NCBI GenBank assembly: GCA_022425195.1
Contig: JAKMFX010000010.1
Location: 1,814 to 65,813, forward strand
Source of the DNA: Flavobacteriales bacterium
Lineage (GTDB): Bacteria > Bacteroidota > Bacteroidia > Flavobacteriales > UBA7430
DNA: 64,000 nt
Direction of reading: 5' to 3'
Shown here one piece after another: positions 49,867-59,637 of the stretch. Position numbers and translations under genes: made by a program. Position 1 is the stretch's first letter; the number at the start of each line of letters is the position of its first letter. A model generated the notes under the pieces. It ran no database searches, was not told the origin of the DNA, and worked only from the letters and a program-made list of their open reading frames with translations.

Positions 49867-51791
49867 CAATACAGGACATAAGTGTACAGTTTGGAGGTGA
49901 AGTATTGTTTGCCGACATGAGTTTTATGGTCAATAAAGGTGACCGAATAGGTCTGGTTGGGAAAAATGGTGCCGGAAAATCGACCTTGTTGAAAATGATC
50001 CACTCGAATCGAGGATTTGATTCAGGTTCTGTGAATCTTCAAAAAGAAATGCGTGTAGGTTACCTATCTCAAGACATTGATTTCGTTAAGGGAAATACGG
50101 TTCTTGAAGAAGCAGAAAAGGCTTTTGAACGCATCAAAGAGGTGCAGAAAGAACTTGAATTTATTCAGCAAGAGTTGGTAAGTAGAACAGATTACGAATC
50201 TGAGGGCTACCTAGACATCATCAATAAGTCCAGTGAGCTGGAACACGAATTAAATGTCATCGGAGGTTATACTTTTCATGCGCATATCGAAAAAGTACTC
50301 TTTGGATTGGGGTTTACCTCAGAAGACTTGAAGAAGCTTACGGACACCTTTAGTGGAGGATGGCGAATGCGTATTGAATTGGCTAAGGTATTGTTGAGTA
50401 ATCCGGATGTATTGCTTTTGGATGAGCCCACCAACCATCTTGACATTGAGTCCATCGTTTGGTTAGAGAACTTTTTAAAATCATACGCAGGGGCGGTAAT
50501 ATTGGTTTCTCACGATCGAGCTTTTCTGGATCAGGTGACCAATAGAACGCTCGAGATCTCAAACCGAAAGGCCTACGACTACAAAGCACCTTATACAAAG
50601 TACTTGCAATTGCGTCAGGAACGTTTAGAGCAACAACTGGCGGTAAAGAAAAATCAAGATAAGGAGATAAAGCAAACCGAAGAGCTGATTGACAAGTTCA
50701 GGTACAAAGCAAGTAAAGCAGCCTTCGCTCAAAGTTTGATTAAGAAATTGGATAAGATGGATCGCGTGGAAGTAGATGCTACAGATCTGAAAAAGATGAA
50801 TTTTTCATTTCCTGAAGCTACGATGCCTGGAAAGGTGATTTTAGAAATTGATCGTTTGTCAAAATCCTACGGAGAAAAAAAGGTGATTCAAAATTTAGAT
50901 CTGCAAATTGATCGAGGAGATCGTTTGGCTCTTGTGGGTCAGAATGGCCAAGGAAAAACAACCTTAATTAAGTGCATCACCGGTGCCGAATCTTTTCAGG
51001 GGATTGTGAACCCCGGACACAACGTAGAGATGAGTTATTTTGCTCAAAACCAAGCTGAGTTACTGGATGCTGAAAAAAGAGTGATTGACGTTATAGAAGA
51101 TATTGCTGACGATCGATTGAGACCTCGATCCAGAGACATGCTGGGTTCATTTCTTTTTAGCGGGGACGACGTGGAGAAAAAGGTAAAAGTCCTTTCTGGG
51201 GGAGAGCGATCGAGATTGGCGCTTTGTAAAATGCTCCTGCAGTCCTCCAACTTTCTCATTCTTGATGAGCCGACCAATCACTTAGATATTATATCCAAAG
51301 AAGTTTTAAAAAAGGCTTTGAAGTCTTACCAGGGGACTTTGGTGATTGTATCCCACGACAGAGATTTCCTTGCCGGTCTTTCCACAAAGGTAGTCGAATT
51401 TAGAGATGGACTTATTAAAACCCATTTGGGAGACATCAATGAGTATTTAAGCTTTAGGAAAGCTGAATCCATGCGTGAGATTGAAAAGCGTTCTAAAGCT
51501 GCTGAAAAGCCTGTTAAAATTCATTTGGGTAAGGAGGAGAGAAAGGCGCATGAGAAAGAAGTGAAAAAAGTAAACAATTTACTCTCCAAAGCGGAGCGAA
51601 GAATAGACGATTTAGAAAAGTTTATTGCCCAGTGCGACATTGATCTAGCGAATCCAGAAAAGAGCGAAGCCTTGGTTTCGGATGTTGATTTTTTCTCTCA
51701 ATATCAGAAGTCTAAAGACGATTTGGATCAAGCCCTATTGGATTGGGAAAAATACCAGATGCAAATGGATCAATTGTTGTCTAAACGATGA
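49860..51791 (+). CDS. ABC-F family ATPase
   Basis: Two ABC domains (GKNGAGKST, GQNGQGKTT, LDEPTNHLD twice), no TM segments, C-terminal coiled coil. Confidence 0.95.
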   Translation: MLAIQDISVQFGGEVLFADMSFMVNKGDRIGLVGKNGAGKSTLLKMIHSNRGFDSGSVNLQKEMRVGYLSQDIDFVKGNTVLEEAEKAFERIKEVQKELEFIQQELVSRTDYESEGYLDIINKSSELEHELNVIGGYTFHAHIEKVLFGLGFTSEDLKKLTDTFSGGWRMRIELAKVLLSNPDVLLLDEPTNHLDIESIVWLENFLKSYAGAVILVSHDRAFLDQVTNRTLEISNRKAYDYKAPYTKYLQLRQERLEQQLAVKKNQDKEIKQTEELIDKFRYKASKAAFAQSLIKKLDKMDRVEVDATDLKKMNFSFPEATMPGKVILEIDRLSKSYGEKKVIQNLDLQIDRGDRLALVGQNGQGKTTLIKCITGAESFQGIVNPGHNVEMSYFAQNQAELLDAEKRVIDVIEDIADDRLRPRSRDMLGSFLFSGDDVEKKVKVLSGGERSRLALCKMLLQSSNFLILDEPTNHLDIISKEVLKKALKSYQGTLVIVSHDRDFLAGLSTKVVEFRDGLIKTHLGDINEYLSFRKAESMREIEKRSKAAEKPVKIHLGKEERKAHEKEVKKVNNLLSKAERRIDDLEKFIAQCDIDLANPEKSEALVSDVDFFSQYQKSKDDLDQALLDWEKYQMQMDQLLSKR

Positions 51792-51792
51792 T

Positions 51793-51824
51793 AAAAAAAA
51801 GCGCTCATTGAGCGCTTTTTTTTT
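51793..51824. terminator. Bidirectional terminator between convergent genes
   Basis: A8-GCGCTC-ATT-GAGCGC-T9. Confidence 0.85.
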
Positions 51825-53409
51825 ATCGTAATTCTTTTTTTACGCTTCCATCATTATAGAGATAAATGAGCGGAGACCCTATTGGAGTATCGTTAACATT
51901 TACTTCTTGCCCCAAAAGATTCACCACCTTGACTAACGACTTGATGTCATTTGGATGCATTTCTACCGGCATGTCGATGACCCACTGAGGAACGGTAGGC
52001 TGAAGGGCAATTCTCTGCCCTGCCGCAATCTTTGGGTACATGAATTGTTCAATCGCTTCGCGTACTTTAATTTGATAACCTTGTCCTGGGATAAGATTTC
52101 CAATACCATTAAATCCAAATTCAGGCCAATACACTTTTGCATCATTATTTTTAACAATCTCAATCTGATTTATAATACCATCAAATGTCAATACTACGTC
52201 TTGCTCTTGATCGAGTGTAAATCCTATAATATTCCATCCCTTCACAATATCTATTGAAATGGGAGATGAAAAATTCGCGATGGAATCTTCTAGTTGGGTG
52301 ATCTTTGAGAGATTTATAAGGTTTTCAGCAGATAGGACAGAAAGCTCACTGCTAGCCTCCTGGTATGCATCTTTCCATAAGATGCTACAAGCTCCTTCTA
52401 GGTCACAGGAAGCATTTTCATTGTATTCGACAAAGTGATCATCAATACATCCCGGAATACCCTCACAAGAGCCATCGTCTTCTTCAGCATCTGCATTGTA
52501 GTTACAATAACTGGAATCCATACATCCGTATATGGTCAAATCAAAGATGATTTCGTCAAAAGTGATGAAGGCGTTTACTGCATAGCCTTGAAATTCTGTT
52601 GCCGATTCAAAGGCAATTACGTGATTGGTCTGGGTAAGAATCGCAAATATCGGTGTTTGTCCATCGACAAGACCATCTACTTCATCTGTGAGCTGATCGT
52701 CGCCCCATAAGCTGATGGTGAAAAATCCATTGGATTCATTCTCTACACCCGGGATTTCTGTAGCGCTGATACACTCAAGAGTCCCATCTCCGTTTAGATC
52801 CATAAATGCGCCCACAGATCCACCTTCAAAAAGATTGATGGTTTGGTCATTTAATCCGATAATCATGTTATTATCTGTAAATGAAATGGGTTGAAACAAT
52901 TCAGGCGTTACGTCTAAGGTGTAGGTTTTCGTCTGGCAAGAGCCATCATCTACATCAGCCAGGTAACCTTGTGTGTGGTATTCTAGGTAAGTAGCAGAAG
53001 TACATCCAGAAAACTCAAGAGAAGTAGCTACAACCATAGAATTTGTTTCATAACCGGAATAATTATTTATCGAGGCGATTGAAATTACTGTCCCGTTGTT
53101 TTTAAGTAGGGCAAATGTCGGTATTTCTCCATCAACAAGCCCATCAAATGCTTGCGTTCCCTGGTCATTCCCCCAAAGTGCCATGGTAAAGAATTCACCT
53201 TCAATAGATGCCATTCCAATACAGGTACCTTCGGCATTGAAGGCTCCTACTAAGTCACCGACAAAAGAATCTAAATCAGAAGTGTTAAATCCTAAGGTCA
53301 TATTAGAACCCGTGTTTACGGGGCTGAAGAACTGATTTTCTTGAATACCTTGTGCGAAGATTGTTGTTGTCATGATAACGGCAACAAGAACGAAGTATAA
53401 ATGTTTCAT
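51823..53409 (-). CDS. Secreted acidic mosaic protein (duplicated N-domain, Cys-rich GC...DGSC repeats, GWN domain, short CTD-like tail)
   Basis: Signal peptide from MKHLYF (53409); internal repeats visible in the translation. Confidence 0.75.
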   Translation of the reverse strand: MKHLYFVLVAVIMTTTIFAQGIQENQFFSPVNTGSNMTLGFNTSDLDSFVGDLVGAFNAEGTCIGMASIEGEFFTMALWGNDQGTQAFDGLVDGEIPTFALLKNNGTVISIASINNYSGYETNSMVVATSLEFSGCTSATYLEYHTQGYLADVDDGSCQTKTYTLDVTPELFQPISFTDNNMIIGLNDQTINLFEGGSVGAFMDLNGDGTLECISATEIPGVENESNGFFTISLWGDDQLTDEVDGLVDGQTPIFAILTQTNHVIAFESATEFQGYAVNAFITFDEIIFDLTIYGCMDSSYCNYNADAEEDDGSCEGIPGCIDDHFVEYNENASCDLEGACSILWKDAYQEASSELSVLSAENLINLSKITQLEDSIANFSSPISIDIVKGWNIIGFTLDQEQDVVLTFDGIINQIEIVKNNDAKVYWPEFGFNGIGNLIPGQGYQIKVREAIEQFMYPKIAAGQRIALQPTVPQWVIDMPVEMHPNDIKSLVKVVNLLGQEVNVNDTPIGSPLIYLYNDGSVKKELR

Positions 53410-53472
53410 AGTTGGGGGGGTATTTTTTTTAAATTTAAAAAAAATCATTTAGGGCAACAGAAATGAAGCTAT

Positions 53473-54705
53473 CTATTTGTAAATGACTTCGTTTGGTAAA
53501 AAGTGTAGTAAGGTGTTTTCTTGAACCTTGACCTGATAGCCTTTCCCGACTTCCATATCTCCGATGCCGTTGAAGCCCCATGAAGGCAGGATTACAGCTC
53601 CTAAATAATCTTTGGCAATGATTAAATTCCCAGAGTCAATCAGCTCTTTTAATACGAGGTCTGCGGGGGCAGGAGTATTCCTTAGGTAGCCAACAAGATT
53701 CCATCCTTCAGATAAGTTAACCGGATAAGCCTCCGGTTGGATGTACTCTAGATCTAGATCTAGGGAAGTCTCGGTTTTTGTTTTAATGTGATAAGCTTCA
53801 CCAAGATCAACATCACCGACACCATTGTAATCCCACTCAGTATAGTACACCGAGCCGTAATTGTCTTTGGCCATAATTAACTCAGCTGCAATCGGATCAA
53901 GAATCTCAGCGAGATTCTGTTCAGTGCTCAATCCATTGATAGAAAATATAGACCAACCTTTAGGAAATGAGAAGTTCTGAGTGAATCTGTTGTTGGAGTC
54001 TATACAGGTAGGGTATATGCTAAGTAATTCATCGAATAGATTCGAGTATTGTCCTACACAGCTAATATTATTATTGAAAATGTTTAAGGGATTGTTGTAG
54101 GTCCATCCTAGTTCAGGCGGGAGGTCCGGTAAGGAGGTAAGTTGATTGTAACTACAATTTATAATTTCCAAACTGAGAGGGAGTTCAGGAAGTTTCGTAA
54201 GATTGTTAAAACTACAATCAATATGAGTTAAGTTTGGAGGCAGGTAATTAATTTCTTGAATCTTGTTTACTGCACATATAAGCTTATCCAGATTTAGGGG
54301 TAAGTTTGGCAGGTCATAAATTTGATTGTAGCTGCAGTCAAAGTGTGTTAAACCGTTGGGGAGTATGCCAATAGAGTCTAGGTTGACGCAGTAGCTCGTG
54401 TTTAAATAGGTCAGTTTAGATGGGATGTTAAGAAGGTCTGTAAGCATATTGTAGCTGCAATTGAGAGATTCCAAATTCTCAAAATACTGAAGTCCATCCA
54501 GACTTAGAATTTGTTTAGAGGAGCAATCTATTTCAGTTACTGTTTTACAGGAATTAAGGTCCAACAAAGAGTCTTGGACCAAAACTTCAGGATGGTTTTC
54601 TGAGAGAAAACTTCTGAAATTCGTGTCGGAAATTAAGTAAGTCTCGACTTGAGCTAGGGCAGTCGAAACTACTAATAGGGGCAGTATGAGTAATCTAAAA
54701 TACAA
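53473..54705 (-). CDS. Secreted leucine-rich repeat protein with two C-terminal GWN domains
   Basis: TTG start and signal peptide; 20-aa LRRs (LxxLxCSxNxLxxLPxLP). Confidence 0.8.
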   Translation of the reverse strand: MYFRLLILPLLVVSTALAQVETYLISDTNFRSFLSENHPEVLVQDSLLDLNSCKTVTEIDCSSKQILSLDGLQYFENLESLNCSYNMLTDLLNIPSKLTYLNTSYCVNLDSIGILPNGLTHFDCSYNQIYDLPNLPLNLDKLICAVNKIQEINYLPPNLTHIDCSFNNLTKLPELPLSLEIINCSYNQLTSLPDLPPELGWTYNNPLNIFNNNISCVGQYSNLFDELLSIYPTCIDSNNRFTQNFSFPKGWSIFSINGLSTEQNLAEILDPIAAELIMAKDNYGSVYYTEWDYNGVGDVDLGEAYHIKTKTETSLDLDLEYIQPEAYPVNLSEGWNLVGYLRNTPAPADLVLKELIDSGNLIIAKDYLGAVILPSWGFNGIGDMEVGKGYQVKVQENTLLHFLPNEVIYK

Positions 54706-54798
54706 GATTCCGAATTTACAAAATATTAGTCAATAGTATCTTTTTTATCACGTTTTAGTTTTTGGCTCCTTTAAAATACAACTAAAGGTCCTTATAAG

Positions 54799-56406
54799 CT
54801 AACAGACACCCTTTAAAAGTTGAATGCTGATACTCGGTTTGTTCGCATCTGGAATTTTAAAAGAGTATCCATCAACCGGCTCAAGGCCTGCTTGTTTGGC
54901 AGCATTGAGGAAACTAGGTAGCTCAATGATGTATTGGTCACTGTAACCGTGCGTCCCCTCATAGGGCGATGCTAGAGTTTTGCCTATGTTTGAAGCGGCC
55001 TCTTTGGAGCTTATGGTATGTAGTTCTACAACGAGAAGTCCGAATTTTTTCACATACGGTTCCCAACTTTTTAAGTGATTACTTAGGTTTTGAAACAGCT
55101 CATTATTAGGGATTCTTCGGCCCCGATAGGCAAATGCTCCTTCTGATATACTGGATAGGGAGGTGGCATCAGGTTTTTGATAGATCCGATTATGATCTAG
55201 AAAAGTTCGGCAGTTTAGCAATTCCGATAATTTAATGTGATAATCATTGATAAGCATGTTATTCAAACGATCAGGATTACTGATGTCTCCGAAACCCACA
55301 TGAGCGCTTATGTTTTTAGCCTTGAGTTTCTCTCTTGTAGCCATTCGAGCCTTCTTGTTGTAATCTACTCCCATGATGAAGAGCGGGTGCTTGTCCATTA
55401 GCTTTCCTCTCCTGGTTTTTTGGGAGATGACTTCGTACACATGCGAAATAAATGTTCCATCACCACAGCCTACGTCAATGATGCCCTTAGGTTGTTCCTC
55501 AATAGGTCTGTTGAACAATTCGATGATAATTTCATCTACTTTCTTAAAATATCCACTGTGCGCTCCTCCGCTGCCCCAAACATTCATGTAACGATACACG
55601 TGACTTTCGTGTCCTTCCTCATTGGTTTTCCAGATTTCATTGGGGTCGCCTTTTAGTAAGGTGTGGAGCTTAGAAAAGGTAGGGAGGTAGGACAGGGTTA
55701 CGCCATAGGAGCTGGCTCTTTTGCTATGGTATAGCCCCTTGGCAGTGAAGTGGTATTTTGAGGAGTTGATGTTTACATATTCAATATGGATCAGCATCTT
55801 CATAAACCAGTCGAAGGTTTTCTGAGTAATGTCAAATAATTCAGCGTTCAAGGCAGTTTGGATATCTAGGTTTTTCAACTTTCCATTAATGCCTAAACCT
55901 ACCAATACGGAGCCCATAAGCAGGCCTTCCATATGGTAAGTCATTCGTATGTCAAGATCACTTATCTGATGCTTTCGAAATGATTCTAATTGTATTGAGG
56001 CTGCATTGAGTGCATCCGTATCCGCATTTTCCGAAATCACATTCCTAGGTCGAATGGTTTCATCTGTGATGAGCTTGTAGAAGGCATGGTAGTGTTCTGC
56101 TTTCTTGAAGGCTTCTGTGCCCAGTTCTGTAAGCTGAAGCGTAATCTCGTCTGAATTATTATTTACTGTTCTAAGGAGATAGCCTTGAGATGCTAGGATG
56201 CGAAGCGCCACATTCAAATAGCCTTCATTGGTCTCGGCTTCCGAGTTTAAAGCGGCTAGATCCCACTTTTTTTTCTCTAAAAAAAGTTGAAGGACATTCA
56301 ATCTTTTTAGGTTGTAAAGCGTGGGTATTAATACCCAACCATCCAGATGCAGGAATAGTCTTTTCCGAATTTGAGAAATTTCTTCCCTACGCAAATGTTG
56401 CATCAT
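54799..56406 (-). CDS. Class I SAM-dependent methyltransferase, AprA MT1-like
   Basis: IIDVGCGDG, GVDYN, GDI SAM motifs; FLDHNR and THGYSDQ; YLNVALR and MNVWGSG in the N-terminal lid. Confidence 0.75.
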   Translation of the reverse strand: MMQHLRREEISQIRKRLFLHLDGWVLIPTLYNLKRLNVLQLFLEKKKWDLAALNSEAETNEGYLNVALRILASQGYLLRTVNNNSDEITLQLTELGTEAFKKAEHYHAFYKLITDETIRPRNVISENADTDALNAASIQLESFRKHQISDLDIRMTYHMEGLLMGSVLVGLGINGKLKNLDIQTALNAELFDITQKTFDWFMKMLIHIEYVNINSSKYHFTAKGLYHSKRASSYGVTLSYLPTFSKLHTLLKGDPNEIWKTNEEGHESHVYRYMNVWGSGGAHSGYFKKVDEIIIELFNRPIEEQPKGIIDVGCGDGTFISHVYEVISQKTRRGKLMDKHPLFIMGVDYNKKARMATREKLKAKNISAHVGFGDISNPDRLNNMLINDYHIKLSELLNCRTFLDHNRIYQKPDATSLSSISEGAFAYRGRRIPNNELFQNLSNHLKSWEPYVKKFGLLVVELHTISSKEAASNIGKTLASPYEGTHGYSDQYIIELPSFLNAAKQAGLEPVDGYSFKIPDANKPSISIQLLKGVC

Positions 56407-56463
56407 ATTTGTAAATCTTTGAGTCTTTCATGATGAGAGATTCTCTAAGATACAAATAGAATC

Positions 56464-57771
56464 TTATTTTTTCCTAAAATAAATGCGAATAGGCACCCCA
56501 TTGAGGTTGTACATTTCCCGAAGCTTGTTTTCGATGAATCGCTTGTAGGGGTCTTTAACGTATTGGGGTAGGTTACAGAAAAAGGCAAACGAAGGAACCA
56601 TGGTCGGGATTTGTGTGATGTATTTTATTTTCACATACTTCCCCTTGTATGACGGAGGAGGCGTTACTTCCGTTATGGGTAAAAATACATTGTTCAATTC
56701 GGAGGTTGTAATTTTAATCTGCTTTCTGTTGTATACTTCAACAGCCATTTCAATGGCTTTGAAGATTCGTTGTTTGGTTTCGGCAGAGATGAAAATGATG
56801 GGGTAATCGGTAAAAGGAGCTGTTTTGGCAACAATCATTTTTCGGTAATGCTCCATGGTCATGGTTTCTTTATTTTCCACCAAGTCCCATTTGTTCACCA
56901 AGACCACAATTCCCTTATTATTTTTTTCGGCCAGATGAAAGATGTTTAAGTCTTGCGCGTCGAAGCCAACGGTTGCATCGACCATTACAATACAGACGTC
57001 GCTGTGTTCTATGGCTCTGATGGTTCGCATGACAGAGTAGAATTCAAGATTTTCATGCACCTTAGACTTTTTTCTCAGCCCAGCGGTATCCACCAGCGTA
57101 AACTCGTGTCCGAATTGATTGTAATGGGTGTCGATAGAATCTCTTGTGGTTCCTGCAATGTCTGTAACGATGTTTTTATTTTGCCCCATCAAGGCATTCA
57201 CTAAAGAAGATTTCCCCGCATTCGGTCTTCCAACAATCGCAAACTTAGGAAGTTCGTCTTTTTCTTCTTCGTCCTCTTTAGAAAAAGAGTTGACCAAAGC
57301 ATCCAGTAGGTCTCCAGTACCACTTCCATTGATAGAGGAAATCGCGAAATACTCTCCCAGACCCAGATTGTAAAACTCCATGGCATCGTCCATTCTCATG
57401 GCATTGTCTACTTTGTTGACTGCAATGAATACAGGCTTGTTGGCCTTTCTTAGAATTTGAGCAACATCCATGTCCAAATCTGTAGTTCCGGTTTCCACGT
57501 CCACCACAAAAATGATGGAATCGGCCTCTTCCATAGCAATTTTGACTTGTTTTCGAATTTCTCCTTCAAAAACGTCTTCAGAGCCTGTTACATAGCCTCC
57601 TGTATCTATGACGGTAAAGTCTCGCCCGTTCCAGTCTGATGTCCCATAGTGCCTGTCACGTGTAACACCACTGACGGAATCTACAATCGCCTGACGACGT
57701 TGCGTGAGTCGGTTGAAAAAAGTTGATTTCCCAACATTCGGACGTCCTACAATAGCTACTATATTACCCAT
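56464..57771 (-). CDS. der: Ribosome biogenesis GTPase Der
   Basis: Two G domains ([16 protein letters not shown]; GVTRD, GTTRD) and a KH-like C-terminus. Confidence 0.98.
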   Translation of the reverse strand: MGNIVAIVGRPNVGKSTFFNRLTQRRQAIVDSVSGVTRDRHYGTSDWNGRDFTVIDTGGYVTGSEDVFEGEIRKQVKIAMEEADSIIFVVDVETGTTDLDMDVAQILRKANKPVFIAVNKVDNAMRMDDAMEFYNLGLGEYFAISSINGSGTGDLLDALVNSFSKEDEEEKDELPKFAIVGRPNAGKSSLVNALMGQNKNIVTDIAGTTRDSIDTHYNQFGHEFTLVDTAGLRKKSKVHENLEFYSVMRTIRAIEHSDVCIVMVDATVGFDAQDLNIFHLAEKNNKGIVVLVNKWDLVENKETMTMEHYRKMIVAKTAPFTDYPIIFISAETKQRIFKAIEMAVEVYNRKQIKITTSELNNVFLPITEVTPPPSYKGKYVKIKYITQIPTMVPSFAFFCNLPQYVKDPYKRFIENKLREMYNLNGVPIRIYFRKK

Positions 57772-57778
57772 CTTAATT

Positions 57779-58669
57779 TTATATGAAATAACCGAAGCGC
57801 TTCAGATCTTGATCGTTGTCGCGCCAGTTCTTCGTTACTTTTACAAATAATTCTAAAAAAACTTTCTTGTCAAAGAAAGTCTCTAAGTCTTTTCGAGCGA
57901 GGGTCCCTACCTTTTTAAGGGCTTTCCCCTGGTGTCCGATGATGATTCCCTTTTGTGTCTCTCGAGCCACATTAATGATTGCACCTATGCGAATGATGGC
58001 CTCTTCTTCCTTAAAGGTTTCAATAACAACCTCTACTGAATAAGGAATCTCTTTTTGATAATTCAATAAAATCTTCTCTCGGATGATTTCGGAAACGAAG
58101 AAGCGTTCTGGTTTGTCGGTCAATGCATCTTTTGGAAAGAAAGGGGTGCCCTCGGGCAACATGGCCTTAATCTCATTCATAATGTTTTCTACGCCAAACC
58201 CTTCCAGGGCTGATATTGGGATGATCTTTGCCTTTGGCAATTCATTGTGCCAATGATTTACCGCATTTTCTACACCTTCTTGGTTTGAGGTATCAATTTT
58301 ATTGATGAGCAATAGAATGGGAACCTCGGTATTTTTCAAACGCTCGAAGAAGCTTTTGTCTTTGAGAGATTTTTCTCCAATCTCGACCATGTAGAGAAAA
58401 ACATCAGCGTCTTGAAATGCAGAGCGCACAAATTTCATCATGCTGCTCTGCAGGTTATAGTTGGGCTGAATGATACCCGGTGTGTCAGAAAATACAATTT
58501 GATGGTTTTCGTCATTGACAATCCCCAGGATTCTATGCCTGGTGGTTTGTGCCTTCGAGGTAATGATTGAGAGTCGTTCTCCAATGAGCTTATTCATCAA
58601 AGTAGACTTCCCAACATTGGGGTTTCCAATGATGTTCACAAAACCGGATTTGTATTTTTTTTCTTCCAT
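57779..58669 (-). CDS. era: GTPase Era
   Basis: [30 protein letters not shown] domain. Confidence 0.98.
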   Translation of the reverse strand: MEEKKYKSGFVNIIGNPNVGKSTLMNKLIGERLSIITSKAQTTRHRILGIVNDENHQIVFSDTPGIIQPNYNLQSSMMKFVRSAFQDADVFLYMVEIGEKSLKDKSFFERLKNTEVPILLLINKIDTSNQEGVENAVNHWHNELPKAKIIPISALEGFGVENIMNEIKAMLPEGTPFFPKDALTDKPERFFVSEIIREKILLNYQKEIPYSVEVVIETFKEEEAIIRIGAIINVARETQKGIIIGHQGKALKKVGTLARKDLETFFDKKVFLELFVKVTKNWRDNDQDLKRFGYFI

Positions 58670-58677
58670 TTCGGCTG

Positions 58678-58685
58678 CAAATATA
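58678..58685 (-). promoter_or_regulatory. -7 element of the era-der promoter
   Basis: Minus strand TATATTTG, 8 nt before the era ATG. Confidence 0.65.
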
Positions 58686-58809
58686 CAATAATTATACCCC
58701 TACAAATCATTATTTATCATTTGTAAGCGGTTGATTATTGCTTATTTCACTCTTTCACACCTTGATAAACAGTTGCTTGCAAGGAGAACTAAAATTAGGC
58801 CTTATATTC

Positions 58810-58841
58810 TTGTTTACTCCTTTTACTTTAGCTTATATTTG
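58810..58841 (+). promoter_or_regulatory. tRNA-fMet promoter TTG-N21-TATATTTG
   Basis: TTG at 58810-58812, TATATTTG at 58834-58841. Confidence 0.7.
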
Positions 58842-58844
58842 CAC

Positions 58845-58917
<73 letters not shown>

Positions 58918-58919
58918 CT

Positions 58920-58951
58920 AAAAAAGCCCTCGCATCTGCGGGGGCTTTTTT
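58920..58951. terminator. Bidirectional terminator between tRNA-fMet and psd
   Basis: A6-GCCCTCGCA-TC-TGCGGGGGC-T6. Confidence 0.85.
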
Positions 58952-58972
58952 GTTCTATTGCCTTGAAAGTGT

Positions 58973-59626
58973 TTAACAAGTCGCAATGACTGTTTCCCCA
59001 CCTCGAACGGTATCATTAAGGTTCGTGTTGATCTTCGCGTCTAAAGGAAGGAATAGATCGATTCGAGAGCCAAATTTGATGAAGCCCATGTCTTCTCCTT
59101 GTTTCGCCTGATCGCCTTTCTTGGAGTACATCACAATGCGTCGTGCTACGGCACCTGCAATCTGTCGGAACAAAATAGGGCCGGTCGTTGTATTCTCCAC
59201 CACTACAGTGGTTCGTTCGTTTTCTATAGATGATTTCGGATGCCATGCCACCAAGAATTTCCCTGGATGGTATTTGGCGTATTTCACCTCCCCTGAGATC
59301 GGGTATCTATTCACGTGTACGTTTAGGGGCGACATGAATATGGATACTTGAATTCTTTTGTCGTTAAAGTATTCGTGTTCGGCAACTTCTTCAATCACCA
59401 CAACCTTACCATCTGCTGGAGCAATGATGTGGTTGGCATTTTCTTGCGTATTTCGTTTTGGGTTTCTGAAAAATTGCAAGATTAAAACCAATAAAACTGA
59501 TGATGCAAAGATCAATAAGTTGACCCAAATGTTAAATCCACCCGCCAAGTACCACACAGCCGTGTTGAGGGTTAGAAGTCCGATAAGGGTATTTCTAATG
59601 ATGGCAAATCCTTCTTTGTGAAACAT
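58973..59626 (-). CDS. psd: Phosphatidylserine decarboxylase proenzyme
   Basis: FFRNP, APADG, NVHVNR, FGSR self-cleavage motif. Confidence 0.93.
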   Translation of the reverse strand: MFHKEGFAIIRNTLIGLLTLNTAVWYLAGGFNIWVNLLIFASSVLLVLILQFFRNPKRNTQENANHIIAPADGKVVVIEEVAEHEYFNDKRIQVSIFMSPLNVHVNRYPISGEVKYAKYHPGKFLVAWHPKSSIENERTTVVVENTTTGPILFRQIAGAVARRIVMYSKKGDQAKQGEDMGFIKFGSRIDLFLPLDAKINTNLNDTVRGGETVIATC

Positions 59627-59637
59627 GATGTTGTTTG

